Part shown: positions 60,301-64,000 of the stretch, piece after piece
How positions within the stretch are numbered: the stretch's first letter is position 1
Layout: the number at the start of each line of letters is the position of its first letter
Assembly: GCA_002269645.1 (NCBI GenBank)
Contig: NIVC01001986.1
Span: 19,177-83,176, forward strand
Direction of reading: 5' to 3'
Origin: Macrostomum lignano
Lineage: Eukaryota
DNA: 64,000 nucleotides
Position numbers and translations under genes: made by a program
The notes under the pieces: generated by a model
Databases searched by the model: none
Seen by the model: only the letters and a program-made list of their open reading frames with translations
What the model was told of the DNA's origin: nothing

Positions 60301-61971
60301 TGCAGAAACTTAGAGACACGGTGGCCGTGTCTCTAAGTGTGGTGTTGAATAAAAGCATGCTCAGATACACTCATATGATAGTTCTTTTTATAAAGTGCCA
60401 ACTAAAAGTTTTACAATTAACTAGTAAAAAAGATACCTAAAACAAAAACATTTTGTTTTTTTTGGACTTCTTCAAGTTTATGTTGATAAAATACTTCTGA
60501 TTTTTTGATTTTTCTAAAACTTGCGGTGGAGACTTATGGGGCACCCAAAATTACAAAAATGTAAAAAAGTGTAGAAAGTTACCTGTATGGTTGATGCAAT
60601 GACGATTTACTTGATTCCCTATTCTCTTAATGAGGTTTGGTGAGAAAAAGTTTCTACAAATACATTTTTGAAAGTGTATCCACTTGACTTTTAATTTTAT
60701 GGCACATGTGCTAGAACTTTATTAGGCCAATTAAAGATGAATATTAATATCTACAAATTAATATGCAAATGTTTTTTATGTTTGCGGATTATAGTTTTTC
60801 AATTTAGTTATAATGCATAGACAGTGCCATGTCACTGTGTGCTTTTTTTAAAAAACTGCCACGTCACAACCCTCTCAATCTTCGCACTTGCACTGTACCT
60901 AGCCAAAGCAACATTCAAAACCCGCACTTGTATTTGCACCTCAAAACCAACTACTGTACAAGGCTAGATTACTAATTCTATTGTATTAAGGCAGTAACAG
61001 CACTTAATTTCAGTAAGCAAATTCATTTAGATAAAGTTATGTTGATTCAAGTTTATGTTGATATAATTAAACAGAGATTCATTGTCAAATAAATTCCAAC
61101 TTGTTTCAACCCCCCCCCTATTAGAATTGGAATTTATCAACACAATCTTGAATAGGTCTCTATGCCTCTATTCAAGTTTATGTTGATAAAATCAATCCCC
61201 ATGAAGAATCTCCCCACCCTAAAACCCTCCATTCCCCATGCCCCAGTGGTTGGTTTTAAGCTACATATAATTGGGTTAAAGCTACCTAAAAATGGAGCTC
61301 AAATTTGAAATCAGCACCATCAAAAACCCCTATAGAGACAAAATTATGATCCTATCCAAATTGAGACTATTTTATCAACATAAACTTGAAGAAGTCCTTT
61401 TATTTTGTTTTATTAATTATTTCCATTTTTTAATAATATAGGTTTCATTTTTTGTAGCAATTATTCACTGCACATCCACTGCTTATTGCATTGGTTATGT
61501 GGTGTAGCACAAAATTTTTAGTGGCATACAATTTACTAGATAGTCAAATACTTTCCAGCATACATGTAACACAATCTGTAAAATGGAGTTAATGGGATGA
61601 AAGTGTAGGTATAGGCCCAGCTAGTATAAGCTGCATGCTATGATTAGGTTAGTTTTTATTCTAACTTTTTGGGGTGATCATAAACTGAAGGAAAGCCAAC
61701 AATTCTATGGGATGGCTAAAAATCACTTCATTCAATACTGATACAATTTCCCATGATTGCTTTTTTAAATAGGTAGAAAAATATAAAACGTGGGTTAAAT
61801 AAAATGACAAGAAAGTTTATAATAAATTTAACCAAAACTACTATTTAATATAGGCCTAATCTTAAAAAAAACTTACCCCCGTTGGGAGCCGCGAGGAATG
61901 ATAAAAGGCAAAACGCCACCAACAAGTAACCAAAAAATCGTAACAACAATGAATGCGATATCAAAGCTCAT
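54203..61971 (-). CDS. ATP6V0E: V-type proton ATPase subunit e (V0 sector), 3 exons, 80 aa
   Basis: Exons 61971-61877, 56127-56080 and 54302-54203 total 243 nt: MSFDIAFIVVTIFWLLVGGVLPFIIPRGSQRGLIQTMLVLTAACCYLFWLIMILAQKNPLIGPQLHNLTMAIILREWDRV*. Family motifs P(K/R)G.NRG, CCYLFW and LAQ.NPL.GP present; 48-nt phase-2 middle exon as in human. Confidence 0.95.
54575..54640. repeat. 21-bp tandem repeat x3 (TAAACTGCTACCGTAATACAC)
   Basis: Three adjacent copies. Confidence 0.85.
56080..56127 (-). CDS. ATP6V0E: V-ATPase e exon 2
   Basis: TTTTTAG acceptor, LIQTMLVLTAACCYL, GTAAGT donor. Confidence 0.95.
57393..57671 (-). mobile_element. hAT-type MITE with internal GA-rich tract
   Basis: TIRs CAAGGGTTGGCAAA / TTTGCCAACCTCAA; perfect 8-bp TSD ATCTAAGG (57385-57392 and 57672-57679). 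Confidence 0.85.
59150..59220 (+). pseudogene. tRNA-derived sequence (tRNA pseudogene or SINE head)
   Basis: A box TGGCTCAGTGG (59157-59167) and B box GGTTTGAATCC (59202-59212) at tRNA spacing; stems too poor to call a functional tRNA. Confidence 0.6.
59305..59470. mobile_element. AT-rich foldback/MITE-like inverted repeat
   Basis: AAATTAAATT...TAAGAGTAACAC pairs with GTGTTACTCTTA...AATTTAATTT; inner AAAGTGCGGCC / GGCCACACTTT. Confidence 0.65.
59658..60149. mobile_element. MITE-like element with TGTA(T/A)GCCGGAA termini and repeated GTAYGCCAAAA motifs
   Basis: 12-bp imperfect inverted termini; appears to be inserted into a GACACGG/CTCTAAG-rich element spanning 59560-60340. Confidence 0.4.
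60464..61397. mobile_element. Non-autonomous DNA transposon, 934 bp, 30-bp perfect TIRs
   Basis: GGACTTCTTCAAGTTTATGTTGATAAAATA at 60464-60493 and its exact reverse complement at 61368-61397; internal copies of TTCAAGTTTATGTTGATA; TTTT on both flanks. Confidence 0.88.
61877..61971 (-). CDS. ATP6V0E: V-ATPase e exon 1
   Basis: MSFDIAF...PRGSQRG; donor GG|GTAAGT. Confidence 0.93.
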
Positions 61972-63310
61972 TCTATAGGCTAGTTCAATTTCACTGGAAA
62001 AATATTTATTAAAGTTATATACCAGAAACAAAATGTAATGATAGCTCAGTCGATATAAGCCAATGCTATGCAGAAAAGCATTCAATCACTTTATTGTGCT
62101 TTTTCTTCGAAATATTTTTGCTTTTAAAAATCAGCTTTTTGTACAGATTATAACAACAATTTAAAATTTGAATGAGGTTTTACTGATTAAAAAGTAATAA
62201 AAGCTACTAATTTTCAAATAAATTTTTTAAGGAAATTCCAAAATGGTAAGGATGCTGAATTAAAGTTATACTCTAATTGTCACAGATACTCTAACTGTTA
62301 TACTCTCACTGTACTCTGACTGTACTCTCACACTCCCCTTTACAGAGTGTGACATGTGGCTAAATACTAGCTTTAATTAAAGGAAAGCGTCTAACGTTTT
62401 TCAAGCTAACTTAAATATACGAGCGTAATTTTTACCACAAAATACCGGGTTTCCGAATTACAGTACGTGTTCGAATTATTTCAAGTCATTGAAATCGAGT
62501 TCAAAGCAAAGAAATGACTAGCACGTGCACGTAAGAGTATAGGTACAAACAAGAATTTTCAGCAATATTCATGTAAGATCCAATCTCTGCTTAGTTTAGT
62601 TTAGGTCAATGTGTGGGTAAAATTAGAAAATATGGGAACCCAATAAATCGTTAATTTTTAAGCAGAATATTTCGGACAAAAAGTGGTTAATAGCAATCAA
62701 TATATTAGCTAAGAGTTTTCCGTTGTTTATTATAGCAGGAAGTACATAAGCAAAGCAGCAATAATTAATAGTATTAGGAAACACCAGAATATTAAGCGTA
62801 ATTTTTTAGTAGATCAGGAAGTTCATAATAGATGTAAACCATTTACGATGCGTGAGTCTATATTTTCTGGCAACAAGACAGTGATAGCTAATTGGAAAGG
62901 TGAAGTAATGTTTTCGATTTTTGGAATCCGGCGGACAAAAAATACAATAAATAATAAATTAGCCGAGTTAGTTTTCAAATTAGTCTTTTATTGCACTTTT
63001 TAAACCGCCTTTTAAACCAAAATTCAGAAAAATGTCAAAGAAAACTGTCCGCAAAGGCAAAAGAATGAAACGCGAGACCTAAAAAAAAGCAAAAATAAAC
63101 AAAAAAGGAAACAACTTTTTATTAGATAGCGCAGATTCAGAAATGTTCGTTAATATGCACATACGTGTTTTAAATAGCAATTTTTCAACAATCAGCTTGG
63201 TAAACATTGTCTCCGCCAACTTTCTTACATTCCTACTCATAGTAGAGTGGTCAAAAAATTATTAGATTTTTTTCGCACAAATCTTTATGAGAGAAAATAC
63301 TGTTATATGA

Positions 63311-64000
63311 TCAAAGTTGCCTAGCAGTGCTAGGAAATCGATTCGCCTCAAAGTCGCTGTCATGTCCAACTCGGCGACGAATTTGTGCCAACAATTCCGA
63401 CAGGAAAGCCGAACGGAACTCGGCGTCATCGCTAGTTGTGGCCGGCGCTAGTCTTGGCCCGCCCTGGCCTAGCTGGGCTGCAGTCTCTGCCACTAGGCGA
63501 TCTAATAATTGAAACGCCGGCTCACGTAGCTGCTGCTGCTGCTGCTGCTGCTGCTGGCTTGTCGGGTCATTGGGTGTTTCTTGTTGCGAACCATCCGGCG
63601 TCTGCAGCACCCGGCGTCGTTTAGCGTGCGGCTGCTGCCTCAAATAAGCGTCCGACAGGGGGTGCGGCCGGTCCATCGGCGGCCGTCTGGCTCGCATAGC
63701 CGCCGCGTCTGCTTCAACCACAGGGGCAAAATCGGCTGGAAAATCCAGCGGAGCCAACGGAGCGCCGGAACCTGCGGCAGCGGCGGTCACAGCGGCAGTC
63801 AAAGCCGTGGCCGAATAAGCCAGTGGATCGCCGTCGTCTGGCAGATTCGCAGGCTCCGACTTCAGCGCCAGAATTCGACGCTCGTGCTCCGACGGTTGCC
63901 GTCGGGCTGTAGAATTAACAGCTGCCGACGCCTTCTGATTTGTCGCTTCTATTGTTGTCGACGCTGTTGCCGCTGGGGTTGTCAACAAGTAGGGCGGAAA
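63311..64000 (-). CDS. 3' terminal exon of an unidentified protein-coding gene (low-complexity Ala/Gln with predicted helical C-terminus)
   Basis: Frame is open from the window edge to TGA at 63311 (230 codons); GC-rich exon-like composition with poly-Q; NLS-like AKRRR; C-terminal EFRSAFLSELLAQIRRRVGHDSDF not recognised. Confidence 0.75.
   Translation of the reverse strand, partial: FPPYLLTTPAATASTTIEATNQKASAAVNSTARRQPSEHERRILALKSEPANLPDDGDPLAYSATALTAAVTAAAAGSGAPLAPLDFPADFAPVVEADAAAMRARRPPMDRPHPLSDAYLRQQPHAKRRRVLQTPDGSQQETPNDPTSQQQQQQQQQLREPAFQLLDRLVAETAAQLGQGGPRLAPATTSDDAEFRSAFLSELLAQIRRRVGHDSDFEANRFPSTARQL

Overview
Animal (metazoan) genomic DNA with spliceosomal introns. The GC-rich exons with poly-Gln/Gly/Ala insertions are reminiscent of free-living flatworms such as Macrostomum, but the species cannot be determined from the sequence. 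Gene order: (1) terminal exon of a DEG/ENaC-family channel (+, 580-1204); (2) a complete neurofibromin (NF1) gene (+, 4631-51480), manually assembled from 33 GT-AG exons into 9333 nt (3110 aa + stop) with intact RasGAP and Sec14-PH modules; (3) an intact six-exon, 518-aa divergent PKA/AGC-like kinase gene nested on the SAME strand in NF1 intron 28 (42096-47153); (4) a three-exon V-ATPase subunit e gene (-, 54203-61971); (5) the 3' end of an unidentified gene (-, 63311-64000). About 20 of the 32 NF1 introns each carry their own unrelated minisatellite array, whereas the V-ATPase e introns hold MITE-like elements and relics instead. Main leads: the nested atypical kinase with phase-compatible NF1-kinase chimeric splices, a 237-nt in-frame candidate cassette exon in NF1 intron 11, the one-private-minisatellite-per-intron architecture, and a diverged duplicated coding-like segment in the V-ATPase e introns. 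All calls were made by eye, and homologies are recalled from known family sequences, not from database searches.
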